DNA of 64,000 bases from Clostridiales bacterium DTU073 (GCA_001512665.1 LFSF01000038.1:1859-65858), one strand, 5' to 3'; shown: positions 18,652 through 27,762, numbered from the stretch's first letter. Translations and numbers: made by a program. Notes: generated by a model from the letters alone, not told the origin.

Positions 18652-19242
18652 ATGCAGGAGAAAAATGCTGAATTAACTCTTGTGGCAATTGGTGCTTCTA
18701 CAGGAGGACCTAATGCTTTATGCGAATTATTTAGTAAGATACCTGTTGGTTTAAACGCAGCTTATTTTATTGTACAACATTTGCCTATAGGCTTTACGAA
18801 ATCATTAGCAAGGCGATTAGATTCGCTTTCCGCTTTGACAGTTAAAGAGGCCGAGCATGGCGAGAAAATTAAAGCGGATTATGCTTATTTGGCACCGGAT
18901 GACTATCATTTAGAAGTAGGTTTAATTAATAACCAGTTGTCGATTATACTTCAACAATCAGATAGTGTTAATGGTGTTAGACCTTCAGTGGATGTGCTTA
19001 TGTCTTCTGTAGCTAAAGTAGACTACCCGAAGATTGGAGTTATTATGACAGGAATGGGTAGTGATGGAGCTAAAGGTATGTTGGAGTTAAAAAAAGCAGG
19101 TTCTATGAATATAGGTGAAAGTGCTGAATCTTGTGTTGTTTATGGTATGTCAAAAGCATCCTATAAATTAGGAGCGATAGACTATGAAGTACCACTAAAT
19201 AAAATTGCTGATTACATTGTTGAAGCTTTAAAAAAATGTTAG
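18652..19242 (+). CDS. cheB: Chemoreceptor methylesterase CheB, catalytic domain only (no receiver domain)
   Basis: Catalytic triad contexts GASTGGP, VQHLPIGFT and TGMGSDGA. Only 196 aa, and the ORF starts 5 nt after the PilZ stop, so no REC domain is encoded. Confidence 0.88.
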   Translation: MQEKNAELTLVAIGASTGGPNALCELFSKIPVGLNAAYFIVQHLPIGFTKSLARRLDSLSALTVKEAEHGEKIKADYAYLAPDDYHLEVGLINNQLSIILQQSDSVNGVRPSVDVLMSSVAKVDYPKIGVIMTGMGSDGAKGMLELKKAGSMNIGESAESCVVYGMSKASYKLGAIDYEVPLNKIADYIVEALKKC

Positions 19243-19253
19243 GAGGTGTTTTT

Positions 19254-21332
19254 ATGGATGTTTCTCAATATCTCGATCTTTTTTTAGAAGAATCGATGGA
19301 ACATTTACAAGCATTAAATACGGGGTTATTAAATTTAGAAAATAACCCGGAGAGGCTGGATATTGTTGATGAGATTTTTAGGTCAGCTCATACTTTAAAA
19401 GGGATGTCCGCAACAATGGGGTATGATTCCATTACACAACTAACCCATAAAATGGAGAATCTCTTAGGAAAAATTAAAGAGAATGTGATTGATTTAAATC
19501 AAGAAGTAATTAATGCACTTTTTCAGGGTGTTGATGTAGTGGAAAATATGCTCACAAGGATTAGAGAAGGAGAATCACCGGATTTAGATTTAAAAGATTT
19601 AATGGAAAAGCTTACAGCATTAGAAGAAAACAAACCGGTTCAAAAATCTGTAGCTCAAAGTGAAGTTAAGAAAAAGAATAAAGCAAAAAACAAACAAGAA
19701 AAACAAGCTAAAGTAGAAAAAGAAGCAGAAGAAAATGTTAATGAGGAAAAACCGGAAGAAGCTGAGGATAACAATCAAAAGGAAGCTGAAAATCAAGTGG
19801 AAGATATAAAAATTCAGCTTAATAAAAATGAAAAGAATGTTATTAATGAAGCTATTGCGAAAGGGTATCATGTATGGAAAATTCAGATTAGCGTTGCACC
19901 GGAGTGTGTAATGAAAGGCGTTAGAGCTTTCATGGTCTTTCGTAATTTAGAAAATTTGGGTGAGGTCATTAAATCTGTACCTTCGGCACAAGACATAGAA
20001 GATGAAAAATTTGATCGTGATTTTGTGTTGTTTTTTGTAACACAAAAAGAACAAAAGGAGCTTGAGGCAGCTTTAAGTATTTCAGAAATTAGTGTTAAAA
20101 ATATGGAAGAGCTAAAAAGTGAAAAGAAAGAAGCGGTTAAACCTGTTTTAAACAAGTTTGTTTCTGCCTCATCCGGCAAAAAACAAACGGTACATCAAAC
20201 GGTAAGAGTTGATATTGGGCGTCTTAATAAATTGATGAATCTAGTTGGTGAACTTGTTATTAACAAAACACGTTTAGAACAGATTTATCTCTCTAATGAT
20301 TTGCGAGGCTTAAATGAAACAATAGAACAAATTAACCGCATTACAACTGATTTACAGATGGTAGTGCAAAATGTGCGGATGGTTTCTATTGAACAGGTCT
20401 TTAATCGTTTTCCAAGAATGGTGCGTGATTTATCGCAAGAAATGGGTAAGGATGTTGAACTGATTTTAGAGGGTAAAGATACTGAACTTGATCGTACGGT
20501 GATTGATGAAATTGGAGACCCCTTGGTACATCTTATTCGAAATTCTTTAGATCATGGTTTGGAGTCTCCGGAAGAGAGAAAAGCCTTACATAAAAATGTT
20601 AGAGGTGTGTTAAAACTCTCGGCACGTCATGAAGGAAACAGAGTTACCATCTGTGTAGAAGATGATGGTCGTGGTATTAATATTGAAGCAGTTAAGAAAA
20701 AGGCTTTAGAAAAAAACATTGTAACTTCTGCGCAGCTTGAGACAATGGATGAACAATCAATTGTTAATCTGATTTTTGAGCCTGGTTTTTCAACTGCCAG
20801 TGTAGTAACAGATGTTTCTGGTCGTGGTGTAGGACTGGATGTAGTAAAAAGTAAGATTCATGCTCTTAGTGGACAAGTTTTTGTGGAAACAAAGAAGGGT
20901 CAAGGCAGTCGTTTTATTATTAAATTGCCGTTAACATTAGCGATAATTCAAGCTCTTTTGGTAAAGGTTCAGAAGGAAATTTTTGCTATTCCTTTGGCTA
21001 ATATTGATGAAACGACTAGTCTAGAGACTGATAAAATTAAAAATGTTCATGGTCAATCAGCTATACTTTTGCGGGGTAAGGTTTTACCGTTAATTTATAT
21101 TCAAAAAATCTTAGATGTTCCGGACGAAGATGAAGCTGCTGAGTTAAATGTTGTTGTTGTACAGAAAGGTGAGCAAAAAATTGGACTTGTCGTGGAAGAG
21201 TTAATTGGTCAGCAGGAAATAGTAATCAGTTCTTTAGGTAAACTTTTATCTGGGTTACCCGGTATTGCAGGTGCTTCTATTTTGGGTGATGGTAAAGTTT
21301 CACTAATACTAGATATTGGAACATTATTCTAA
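19254..21332 (+). CDS. cheA: Chemotaxis histidine kinase CheA (track ORF starts 19236; AGGAGG RBS favours ATG 19254)
   Basis: Hpt motif FRSAHTLKGMSATMG, K/E-rich linker, HATPase boxes (DPLVHLIRNSLDHG, DDGRGI, GRGVGLD) and a C-terminal CheW-like domain. Confidence 0.97.
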   Translation: MDVSQYLDLFLEESMEHLQALNTGLLNLENNPERLDIVDEIFRSAHTLKGMSATMGYDSITQLTHKMENLLGKIKENVIDLNQEVINALFQGVDVVENMLTRIREGESPDLDLKDLMEKLTALEENKPVQKSVAQSEVKKKNKAKNKQEKQAKVEKEAEENVNEEKPEEAEDNNQKEAENQVEDIKIQLNKNEKNVINEAIAKGYHVWKIQISVAPECVMKGVRAFMVFRNLENLGEVIKSVPSAQDIEDEKFDRDFVLFFVTQKEQKELEAALSISEISVKNMEELKSEKKEAVKPVLNKFVSASSGKKQTVHQTVRVDIGRLNKLMNLVGELVINKTRLEQIYLSNDLRGLNETIEQINRITTDLQMVVQNVRMVSIEQVFNRFPRMVRDLSQEMGKDVELILEGKDTELDRTVIDEIGDPLVHLIRNSLDHGLESPEERKALHKNVRGVLKLSARHEGNRVTICVEDDGRGINIEAVKKKALEKNIVTSAQLETMDEQSIVNLIFEPGFSTASVVTDVSGRGVGLDVVKSKIHALSGQVFVETKKGQGSRFIIKLPLTLAIIQALLVKVQKEIFAIPLANIDETTSLETDKIKNVHGQSAILLRGKVLPLIYIQKILDVPDEDEAAELNVVVVQKGEQKIGLVVEELIGQQEIVISSLGKLLSGLPGIAGASILGDGKVSLILDIGTLF

Positions 21333-21346
21333 GGAGGGGATGGGTT

Positions 21347-21769
21347 GTGGATAGTCAATGTGTTGCTTTAAAGCTAGGCAATGAAGAATATGGTGTTGAT
21401 ATTTTGGCAATCAAAGAAATAATTCGTTGGACACATATTACCAGGGTTCCGAAAGCACCTTTCTTTATTCAAGGCGTGATTAATTTAAGAGGTAATGTTA
21501 TTCCGGTAATCAATTCTCATTTGCGTTTGAACTTATCTGCTACAGAAGTAACCGACAAATCCAGAATAATTATTTTTAATGTAGAAGATTTAGTTGTTGG
21601 ATTTACAGTCGATGAAGTTATTGAAGTAGTTTATTTAAGTGAAGAAATGTTGGAAAAGCCCCAGATGGTTGAGGGTAATAATAAGTTTATTAAAAATATA
21701 GGAAAAATTAATGATCGTTTAATCATGATTCTTGATTTAGAAAAAGTGTTAGATTTAAGTTTGTTTTAA
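21347..21769 (+). CDS. cheW: Chemotaxis coupling protein CheW (GTG start)
   Basis: 140 aa with the typical EYGVDILAIKEIIRWTHITRVPKAPFFIQGVINLRGNVIPV. Confidence 0.95.
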   Translation: MDSQCVALKLGNEEYGVDILAIKEIIRWTHITRVPKAPFFIQGVINLRGNVIPVINSHLRLNLSATEVTDKSRIIIFNVEDLVVGFTVDEVIEVVYLSEEMLEKPQMVEGNNKFIKNIGKINDRLIMILDLEKVLDLSLF

Positions 21770-21790
21770 TAAAAAGACGGGAGAATTGCC

Positions 21791-22420
21791 ATGAAAAATT
21801 ATTTTAATTTAAATGAGCTGCAATTAGATGCCTTGAAGGAAATTAGTAATATTGGTGTAGGTAATGCAGCTACGTCATTATCCATGTTAATAGGTCGTGA
21901 AGTTAAATTAACAGTGCCTAAAGCAACCCTTGCTCCGTTTTCTAAAATTGTTGAAATAATTGGTGGAGCTGAAAAAGAGGTTGCCGGAGGATATTTATAT
22001 GTCAATGGGGATATTCCTTTAGGTATTTTGTTTTTCATTCCTCGTGAACAAATACCTCGTCTTCTTGATTTGCTATATGGGGAAACGATGATAAAAGTTG
22101 ATAATAATAATCATGGTGACTTGTTAAATGAGATCCAAGTTTCTGCTTTAAAAGAAATTGTTAATATTTTAGCAGGCTCATATCTCAATTCCTTGGGTAT
22201 ATTAACAAATCAAGTTTTTGTTCCCTCTGTTCCGGCTTTATCTGTTGATATGGCCGGGGCTATTTTGGGACAGGTCTTACAGAGTATAGGTAATGTATCA
22301 GATTATGCTTTAATTATTGAAAATGTGTTCAGCGCGGAAGGAGAACAAATAAATGGGTATTTTTTCTTAATCCCTGAGCCGGAAACACTAGATTCGTTAC
22401 TAAAATCAATAGGAGTGTAA
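21791..22420 (+). CDS. cheC: CheY-P phosphatase CheC
   Basis: Two CheC repeats: EISNIGVGNAATSLS and EIVNILAGSYLNSL. Confidence 0.92.
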   Translation: MKNYFNLNELQLDALKEISNIGVGNAATSLSMLIGREVKLTVPKATLAPFSKIVEIIGGAEKEVAGGYLYVNGDIPLGILFFIPREQIPRLLDLLYGETMIKVDNNNHGDLLNEIQVSALKEIVNILAGSYLNSLGILTNQVFVPSVPALSVDMAGAILGQVLQSIGNVSDYALIIENVFSAEGEQINGYFFLIPEPETLDSLLKSIGV

Positions 22421-22423
22421 TTA

Positions 22424-22915
22424 ATGTCAAGTGAACCAATTAAAATAGGGATTGCGGAACTAAAAACAGCTTTTTCCCCTGCAACATTATTTACTGCTGG
22501 TCTAGGGTCATGTATAGGTGTATGTTTATGGGATCCTAAGATCAAACTAGGGGGAATTGTACATATTATGTTGCCCGACAGTACTTTGGGACGTAATCAT
22601 GTAATAAATAAGGCTAAATATGCCGATACAGGTATAAGAGCACTTATTGATGAAATGCTTTCTAAGGGTGCGAATAAAAGGCGCTTAGTGGCTAAAACAG
22701 CCGGTGGCGCACAGATGTTTATCATGCAAAGTAATTTAGAGATGCTGAAGATAGGTGAACGTAATATAGAAGCAGTAAGAAATGAATTAAAGCATCAAAA
22801 TATTAAACTTATTAGTGAAGATGTAGGAGGAAATTACGGTCGAACTATCGAATTTTTTACTGAAAATGGACAATTATTAGTTAAAAGTATCTATAAAGGA
22901 GTAAAAATTATCTAA
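22424..22915 (+). CDS. cheD: Chemoreceptor glutamine deamidase CheD
   Basis: GLGSCIGVCLWD (catalytic Cys context) and HIMLP motifs. Follows cheC. Confidence 0.93.
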   Translation: MSSEPIKIGIAELKTAFSPATLFTAGLGSCIGVCLWDPKIKLGGIVHIMLPDSTLGRNHVINKAKYADTGIRALIDEMLSKGANKRRLVAKTAGGAQMFIMQSNLEMLKIGERNIEAVRNELKHQNIKLISEDVGGNYGRTIEFFTENGQLLVKSIYKGVKII

Positions 22916-23673
22916 TGGAACCGGTAAATCTCTGGAAAGAATTTACATTAAAAAAAGATCCAAAAGTTAAAGAAAAGCTGATTGTCCATTATATTTCCTT
23001 AGTGCAGAAAATTGCTAAAAAAGCAGCTTGTTCTTTACCTACATATATAGATGAGGATGATTTGGCAAGTTATGGTATTTTTGGACTTCTTGAAGCAATT
23101 GACCGATATAATCCTGATTTCGGGATACCTTTTGCCAGTTTTGCGGTGAAAAGAATTAAAGGGTCAATTATTGATGGAATACGTAAAGAAGACAGATTAC
23201 CGGCTACACTAAGAAAAAAAGCAAGACAGGTAGAAAGAGCCTATGAAAAGGTAGAGTCGCAACTTTGTAGAAGTGCAACCGACCAGGAAATCGCTGCCGA
23301 ACTGGGAATTAGCCTGGAAGAGTTTGCTAAATGGTTAAAAGCTTTACAGTACATAACTATTTTATCTCTTGATGAACCACTTTCAGAGGATCAAGAGATT
23401 TCTCTAAAAGATAATTTATCTAATCCCGAAAGTCCAGATCCTATGCAGATTACGATAGAGAACGAAATAAAAGGAATTTTGGCAAATTTTATAGAGAGCT
23501 TACCTGAAAAAGAGAAATACGTTATTAGTCTTTACTATTATCATGATCTTTCCAATAAAGAAATAGCTAAAATATTGGAGGTGACTCCATCACGGATTTC
23601 TCAATTACATACAAAAGCTATTTTTAGGTTACGGGGAAAGCTTTCTCAAAATAATAAGTATAATCTTAAGTGA
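22915..23673 (+). CDS. sigD: Flagellar sigma factor SigD/FliA (sigma-28)
   Basis: Sigma-70 family regions 2 to 4, with region 4.2 HTH LSNKEIAKILEVTPSRISQLHTKAIFRLR. Size 252 aa. Start overlaps the cheD stop (TAATG). Confidence 0.93.
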   Translation: MEPVNLWKEFTLKKDPKVKEKLIVHYISLVQKIAKKAACSLPTYIDEDDLASYGIFGLLEAIDRYNPDFGIPFASFAVKRIKGSIIDGIRKEDRLPATLRKKARQVERAYEKVESQLCRSATDQEIAAELGISLEEFAKWLKALQYITILSLDEPLSEDQEISLKDNLSNPESPDPMQITIENEIKGILANFIESLPEKEKYVISLYYYHDLSNKEIAKILEVTPSRISQLHTKAIFRLRGKLSQNNKYNLK

Positions 23674-23683
23674 GGTGATAAAG

Positions 23684-25264
23684 ATGGCGGATTTAAGAAG
23701 ATATAAGCTAAGTAAGGATATTGATGGTATTTATCTTCTTGTTGAAAAAGGTACTGATATTACTTTTCCTAGAAGTTTAGAAAGTTTATTATATGAATTA
23801 ACACAACGTAAGATTTCTTATGAGCCTGAATTAATCAAGCAAATTTTTACAAGAGCACAAGGTCATAAAGAAAGAATAGCTTTTCTTGATGGGAAACAGA
23901 ATTATGGTGCACTTTTAGAATTAGATATTTCTCTTGATAAAATGAAGGCTGTGCTAAAAGTATATCCATCTTTAATAAATTCGCCCATAGATTTTGTCAC
24001 GCTGGAAAGATTTCTTTGGAAAAAAGGATTGAAATATGGTATTAAATCAGAAATACTATCTGATGTAGTTAAAGGGAGTCCTTACTACCATGAATGGTTA
24101 ATTGCTGAAGGAAAGCCAAGTATAAATGGAACTGACGGAAGTTTAAAATTCTATTTTGAAACAGGTGGGTTAGATATTAAACCTAAGATCTTAGAGGATG
24201 GTCGTGTAGATTATTATGAATTGGATATAATTCAGGTTGTCGAGGCCGGCAAAACTCTGGTAGAACGAATACCGCCTACAATGGGTGAAAAAGGTTTCAA
24301 TGTTTTAGGAGAAGAGATTAGGCCTAGACCGGGAAGAGATGTACGTCTTCCTGTAGGTGCAAATACAGAAATTGTTGCTAATAAACTTGTGTCGACAAGT
24401 AAAGGTCATATTAGCTATGCTAATCATAAGGTAAATATATTTCAAACCTATGAAGTTAATGGAGATGTTGATTTTAATACAGGTAATATTAATTTCCCCG
24501 GGAATGTAATTATTAAAGGAAATGTAAAAAATGGTTTTACCGTAAGAGCCGGCGGAGATGTAGATATTAGCGGGAATTTAGCGGGTACTGTGATTATCGG
24601 TGGAAACCTTAATGTAAAAAAAGGGATCATTCAAGGCCGGGCAGAGGCTGAAGGAAATATATATGTACGCTATATTGAAAATGGTACTGCCATTAGTAAA
24701 GAAAATATTATTGTTAGTGAAGCAATCATGCATAGTACTGTTAGAGCAGGTAAAAAGCTGTCAGTTATTGGTGGAAAAAAGGGTTTAATTGTAGGAGGAT
24801 ATACTTCTGTTAAAGAAGACATTACGGCAAAGAATATAGGTTCGCCAATGGGTACAAATACTGTTATTGAAGTTGGTGTTATTCCTGAACTTGTTGAAGA
24901 ATACAAAAAAATTTGTACTGAATTAAAACGGCAGCAAGAGAATCATCAAAAAAATAATATAATATTAGATTCATTTAAGGAATTGCAAGCCAAAGGCAAA
25001 CTTTCTGCAGAAAAAAATCAGCTTTATCTTAAAGTATGGGAAACACAATATGCAACTGAAAAAGAGATAGAAAAGTTAGCTAATCAGAAAAATGAGCTTG
25101 AATTTAAGTTACAAGATGTGGGCGATGTTTATATTAAAGTTCTGGAAACGATTTATAGTGGGGTAATAATTAATATGGGTAAATTTTCTATGCATCTTCT
25201 TGATGAGAAATATAATGTAGTATTTCGTGTAGAAGATTATGAAATAAGGTGTTTTAATCAATGA
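23684..25264 (+). CDS. DUF342/FapA-like protein (track ORF from GTG 23675; RBS GAGGTG favours ATG 23684)
   Basis: Central G/N/V-rich beta-helix-like repeats (GDVDFNTGNINFPGNVIIKGNVKNGFTVRAGGDVDISGNLAGTVIIGGNLNV) and a C-terminal coiled coil, typical of DUF342. Confidence 0.8.
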   Translation: MADLRRYKLSKDIDGIYLLVEKGTDITFPRSLESLLYELTQRKISYEPELIKQIFTRAQGHKERIAFLDGKQNYGALLELDISLDKMKAVLKVYPSLINSPIDFVTLERFLWKKGLKYGIKSEILSDVVKGSPYYHEWLIAEGKPSINGTDGSLKFYFETGGLDIKPKILEDGRVDYYELDIIQVVEAGKTLVERIPPTMGEKGFNVLGEEIRPRPGRDVRLPVGANTEIVANKLVSTSKGHISYANHKVNIFQTYEVNGDVDFNTGNINFPGNVIIKGNVKNGFTVRAGGDVDISGNLAGTVIIGGNLNVKKGIIQGRAEAEGNIYVRYIENGTAISKENIIVSEAIMHSTVRAGKKLSVIGGKKGLIVGGYTSVKEDITAKNIGSPMGTNTVIEVGVIPELVEEYKKICTELKRQQENHQKNNIILDSFKELQAKGKLSAEKNQLYLKVWETQYATEKEIEKLANQKNELEFKLQDVGDVYIKVLETIYSGVIINMGKFSMHLLDEKYNVVFRVEDYEIRCFNQ

Positions 25265-25599
25265 CGATTAAACCTGTGGATATGCAGATCTTAGTTCCGC
25301 GTGCAGGTGAAGTAGAGAGAATTAATCGTACTGTTCAAGGACAGCAACAAACTGATCAGCAAATTATGAACCAATTAATTCAGGAAGATATTAAGCAAAA
25401 AGAAAAGATTGTTAGTCAGTTGGATGCGACAAGATATAAAAAAATTGATAAAGAAGGAAAGGAAAAAAGGAACAGTAAACAAGAAAAAGATGAAGTTGCA
25501 CGTGGAAGTAGAGATAGTGCTGAACAACAGGAAAATTCCGATAAAAAAAAGCAACAGCAGGATACTGTTATTGGTAGGCATTTTGACTTGAAGATTTAG
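25261..25599 (+). CDS. Hypothetical highly charged Q/K/E-rich protein (112 aa)
   Basis: ATGA overlap with the DUF342 stop. Ordered N-terminus MTIKPVDMQILVPRAGEVERINRT followed by a low-complexity tail. No family recognised. Confidence 0.55.
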   Translation: MTIKPVDMQILVPRAGEVERINRTVQGQQQTDQQIMNQLIQEDIKQKEKIVSQLDATRYKKIDKEGKEKRNSKQEKDEVARGSRDSAEQQENSDKKKQQQDTVIGRHFDLKI

Positions 25600-25607
25600 A
25601 ACATTCA

Positions 25608-26048
25608 ATGGAGGGAAAACTTTTGCTCATCATAATTCTCAACCTGTTAACCTTATGTATAAATATTATTCTTGCTGTTTTAATTGCTAATAGATTTGGT
25701 ACATTAGAGGCACTCAAAGAAGAATATATTTCTTTAAAAAATGATTTTAATGAATTGCTTTATGAGAATACTTATTTATCTAAACAGTATTTAGATGAAT
25801 TAGAGGAAAAAATATCTGAAGGGGAAAGGCTTTTGGAAGATTTAATGGAACAGGAAAGAAAGATTAAAAAAGAGAGTAATCTTGGTGAAGATAATGATGA
25901 AGAAACATATAATCCTGTTAGTGTAGAGATTGCCAGAATGTTGAAACAAGGTAAGTCAATTACGGAGATAGCGGAAAAATTAAATACAACTAAGGGAGAA
26001 GTAGTTCTGCGTTTAAATTTAGGCGAGAAATTAATGGAGAAAAAATAA
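25608..26048 (+). CDS. Hypothetical single-pass membrane protein with coiled coil and C-terminal HTH-like segment (swrB slot)
   Basis: TM helix LLLIIILNLLTLCINIILAVLIA, a coiled coil, then SVEIARMLKQGKSITEIAEKLNTTKGEVVLRLNL. Last gene before rpsB. Confidence 0.6.
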   Translation: MEGKLLLIIILNLLTLCINIILAVLIANRFGTLEALKEEYISLKNDFNELLYENTYLSKQYLDELEEKISEGERLLEDLMEQERKIKKESNLGEDNDEETYNPVSVEIARMLKQGKSITEIAEKLNTTKGEVVLRLNLGEKLMEKK

Positions 26049-26070
26049 AAAAAAATTTATAAAAAATTAT

Positions 26071-26100
26071 TTGTTTACAACGATATCTTTATGTTATACT
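26071..26100 (+). promoter_or_regulatory. SigA-type promoter of rpsB with extended -10 and upstream A-tract
   Basis: TTGTTT (26071-76), 18-nt spacer, TGtTATACT (TG 26092-93, -10 at 26095-26100). The A-rich stretch 26041-26070 looks like an UP element. Confidence 0.7.
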
Positions 26101-26212
26101 AAGAAAAGGTGTGAAAATACACACGTTATGGGAGTTGCTTCATGGTGCCTGAAGAGGTGTGGAGCAATGATGAAAGTAGCGGAGGTAAAACCGCCGGAGA
26201 GGAGGTGTAGTA

Positions 26213-26983
26213 ATGTCTGTAATTTCGATGAAGCAATTATTAGAAGCTGGTGTACATTTCGGTCATCAGACCAGAAGATGGAATCCTAAAATGGCTCCTT
26301 ATATCTTCACAGAGAGAAATGGGATTTACATTATCGATTTACAAAAAACAGTAAAAAAAGTGGAAGAAGCTTATGAATTTGTGAGGAGTATTGTTTCAGA
26401 AGGACAGCATATCTTGTTTGTTGGCACAAAGAAACAGGCTCAGGAAACCATAAAAGAAGAAGCTGAACGTTGCGGAATGTATTATGTTAATGAACGTTGG
26501 TTAGGCGGAACATTAACAAATTATCATACTATCCAAAAAAGAATCCAACGTTTAAAAGAGCTTGAAGCTATGGAGGCTAATGGCACATTTACTGTTTTGC
26601 CGAAAAAAGAAGTTGCTAATTTAATGGCCGAAAGAGAAAAATTGCAAAGATTTCTTGGGGGAATTAAAAATATGCCTGGTTTACCCGGTGCACTTTTTAT
26701 TATTGATCCCCGTAAAGAACATATTGCTGTTGCAGAAGCAAGACGCTTGGCTATTCCTATTGTTGCAATTGTAGATACTAACTGCGATCCTGATGAAATT
26801 GATTATGTTATTCCTGGTAATGATGATGCGATAAGAGCTGTTAAATTAATTACCAATAAAATAGCTGACGCAGTTCTTGAGGCTAATCAAGGACAGGTGG
26901 GGAACGAAACTGAAGCAACAACTGTAGTTGAACAAGATGCAGAAGTACAAGTGCAAGAAGAGGTTACTGAGAACGTAGAATAA
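26213..26983 (+). CDS. rpsB: 30S ribosomal protein S2
   Basis: [27 protein letters not shown] is the canonical N-terminus. RBS GGAGAGGAGG. Confidence 0.98.
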   Translation: MSVISMKQLLEAGVHFGHQTRRWNPKMAPYIFTERNGIYIIDLQKTVKKVEEAYEFVRSIVSEGQHILFVGTKKQAQETIKEEAERCGMYYVNERWLGGTLTNYHTIQKRIQRLKELEAMEANGTFTVLPKKEVANLMAEREKLQRFLGGIKNMPGLPGALFIIDPRKEHIAVAEARRLAIPIVAIVDTNCDPDEIDYVIPGNDDAIRAVKLITNKIADAVLEANQGQVGNETEATTVVEQDAEVQVQEEVTENVE

Positions 26984-26994
26984 TTAAGATAAGG

Positions 26995-27031
26995 GGTGAC
27001 CGGGGGGACATGACCCCTTGTCACCTTTTTT
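26995..27031 (+). terminator. Intrinsic terminator after rpsB
   Basis: GGTGAC-c-GGGG..CCCC-tt-GTCACC hairpin followed by TTTTTT. Confidence 0.8.
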
Positions 27032-27058
27032 ATTCTTTATGTATATTACATAAAGAAT
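27032..27058. repeat. Perfect 27-bp palindrome (12-bp arms, 3-nt spacer)
   Basis: ATTCTTTATGTA-TAT-TACATAAAGAAT, immediately after the rpsB terminator T-tract and 45 nt before tsf. Confidence 0.9.
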
Positions 27059-27102
27059 CTTATGGAATAATAATAAAGTAATTGAGTAAAGGGGGCGAGA
27101 CC

Positions 27103-27750
27103 ATGATTACGATGGAAATGGTTAAAGAATTACGTGAAAGAACCGGGGCAGGTGTTCTCGATTGTAAAAAAGCACTCACAGAAAATAATGGAGACATGGA
27201 AAAGGCAATAACATTTTTACGCGAAAAAGGACTTGCTGCTGCAGCGAAGAAAGCAGGGAGAATTTCTGCAGAAGGTATTGTGGAGTCATATATTCATGGC
27301 GGTGGCAGAATTGGGGTCTTGTTAGAAATTAACTGTGAAACTGATTTTGTAGCTAAAACTCCGGCATTTAAGGAATTGGCCAAAAATATCGCTATGCAAA
27401 TTGCCGCCTCACGACCGGAATATGTACAGAGGGAAGATGTTCCCGCTGATGTTTTAGAAAAGGAAAAAGAAATTTTAAGAACACAGGCTCTTAATGAAGG
27501 TAAACCGGAAAAAATTGTTGATAAGATGGTAGAAGGTCGGATTAATAAATTTTATAAAGAGGTATGCTTATTAGAACAACCGTATATCAGAGATCCAGAG
27601 ATCACTGTAAATGATTTAATCATTGAGCAAATTTCCAAAATCGGTGAAAATATAAAAGTAAGACGTTTTGCTCGTTTTGAAGTTGGTGAAGGTTTACAAA
27701 AAAGAGAAGAGAATTTTGCAGAAGAAGTTATGGCACAGGTTAACAAGTAA
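27103..27750 (+). CDS. tsf: Elongation factor Ts (track ORF from TTG 27082; RBS AAGGGGG favours ATG 27103)
   Basis: [24 protein letters not shown] (UBA-like N-terminus) and [12 protein letters not shown] motif. Confidence 0.97.
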   Translation: MITMEMVKELRERTGAGVLDCKKALTENNGDMEKAITFLREKGLAAAAKKAGRISAEGIVESYIHGGGRIGVLLEINCETDFVAKTPAFKELAKNIAMQIAASRPEYVQREDVPADVLEKEKEILRTQALNEGKPEKIVDKMVEGRINKFYKEVCLLEQPYIRDPEITVNDLIIEQISKIGENIKVRRFARFEVGEGLQKREENFAEEVMAQVNK

Positions 27751-27762
27751 GCAAATTATTTT

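Noticed and set aside
19620-20179. Minus-strand ORFs (83 and 98 aa) opposite the CheA linker and P2 region
   Set aside because: They lie opposite a K/E-rich low-complexity linker. Their translations are F/L/I-rich nonsense typical of antisense poly-purine tracts.
25375-25608. Alternative-frame ORFs (25409-25591 on +, 25375-25608 on -) within the 112-aa charged protein gene
   Set aside because: These are artefacts of an A/G-rich low-complexity (K/E/Q-coding) stretch that is open in several frames. They have no RBS and are nested in a better-supported, translationally coupled ORF.
26071-26289. A 72-aa + strand ORF overlapping the rpsB promoter, leader and first codons
   Set aside because: Its TTG start is the -35 element of the rpsB promoter. 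It is Cys/Arg-rich with no RBS, and it overlaps the unambiguous S2 start out of frame.
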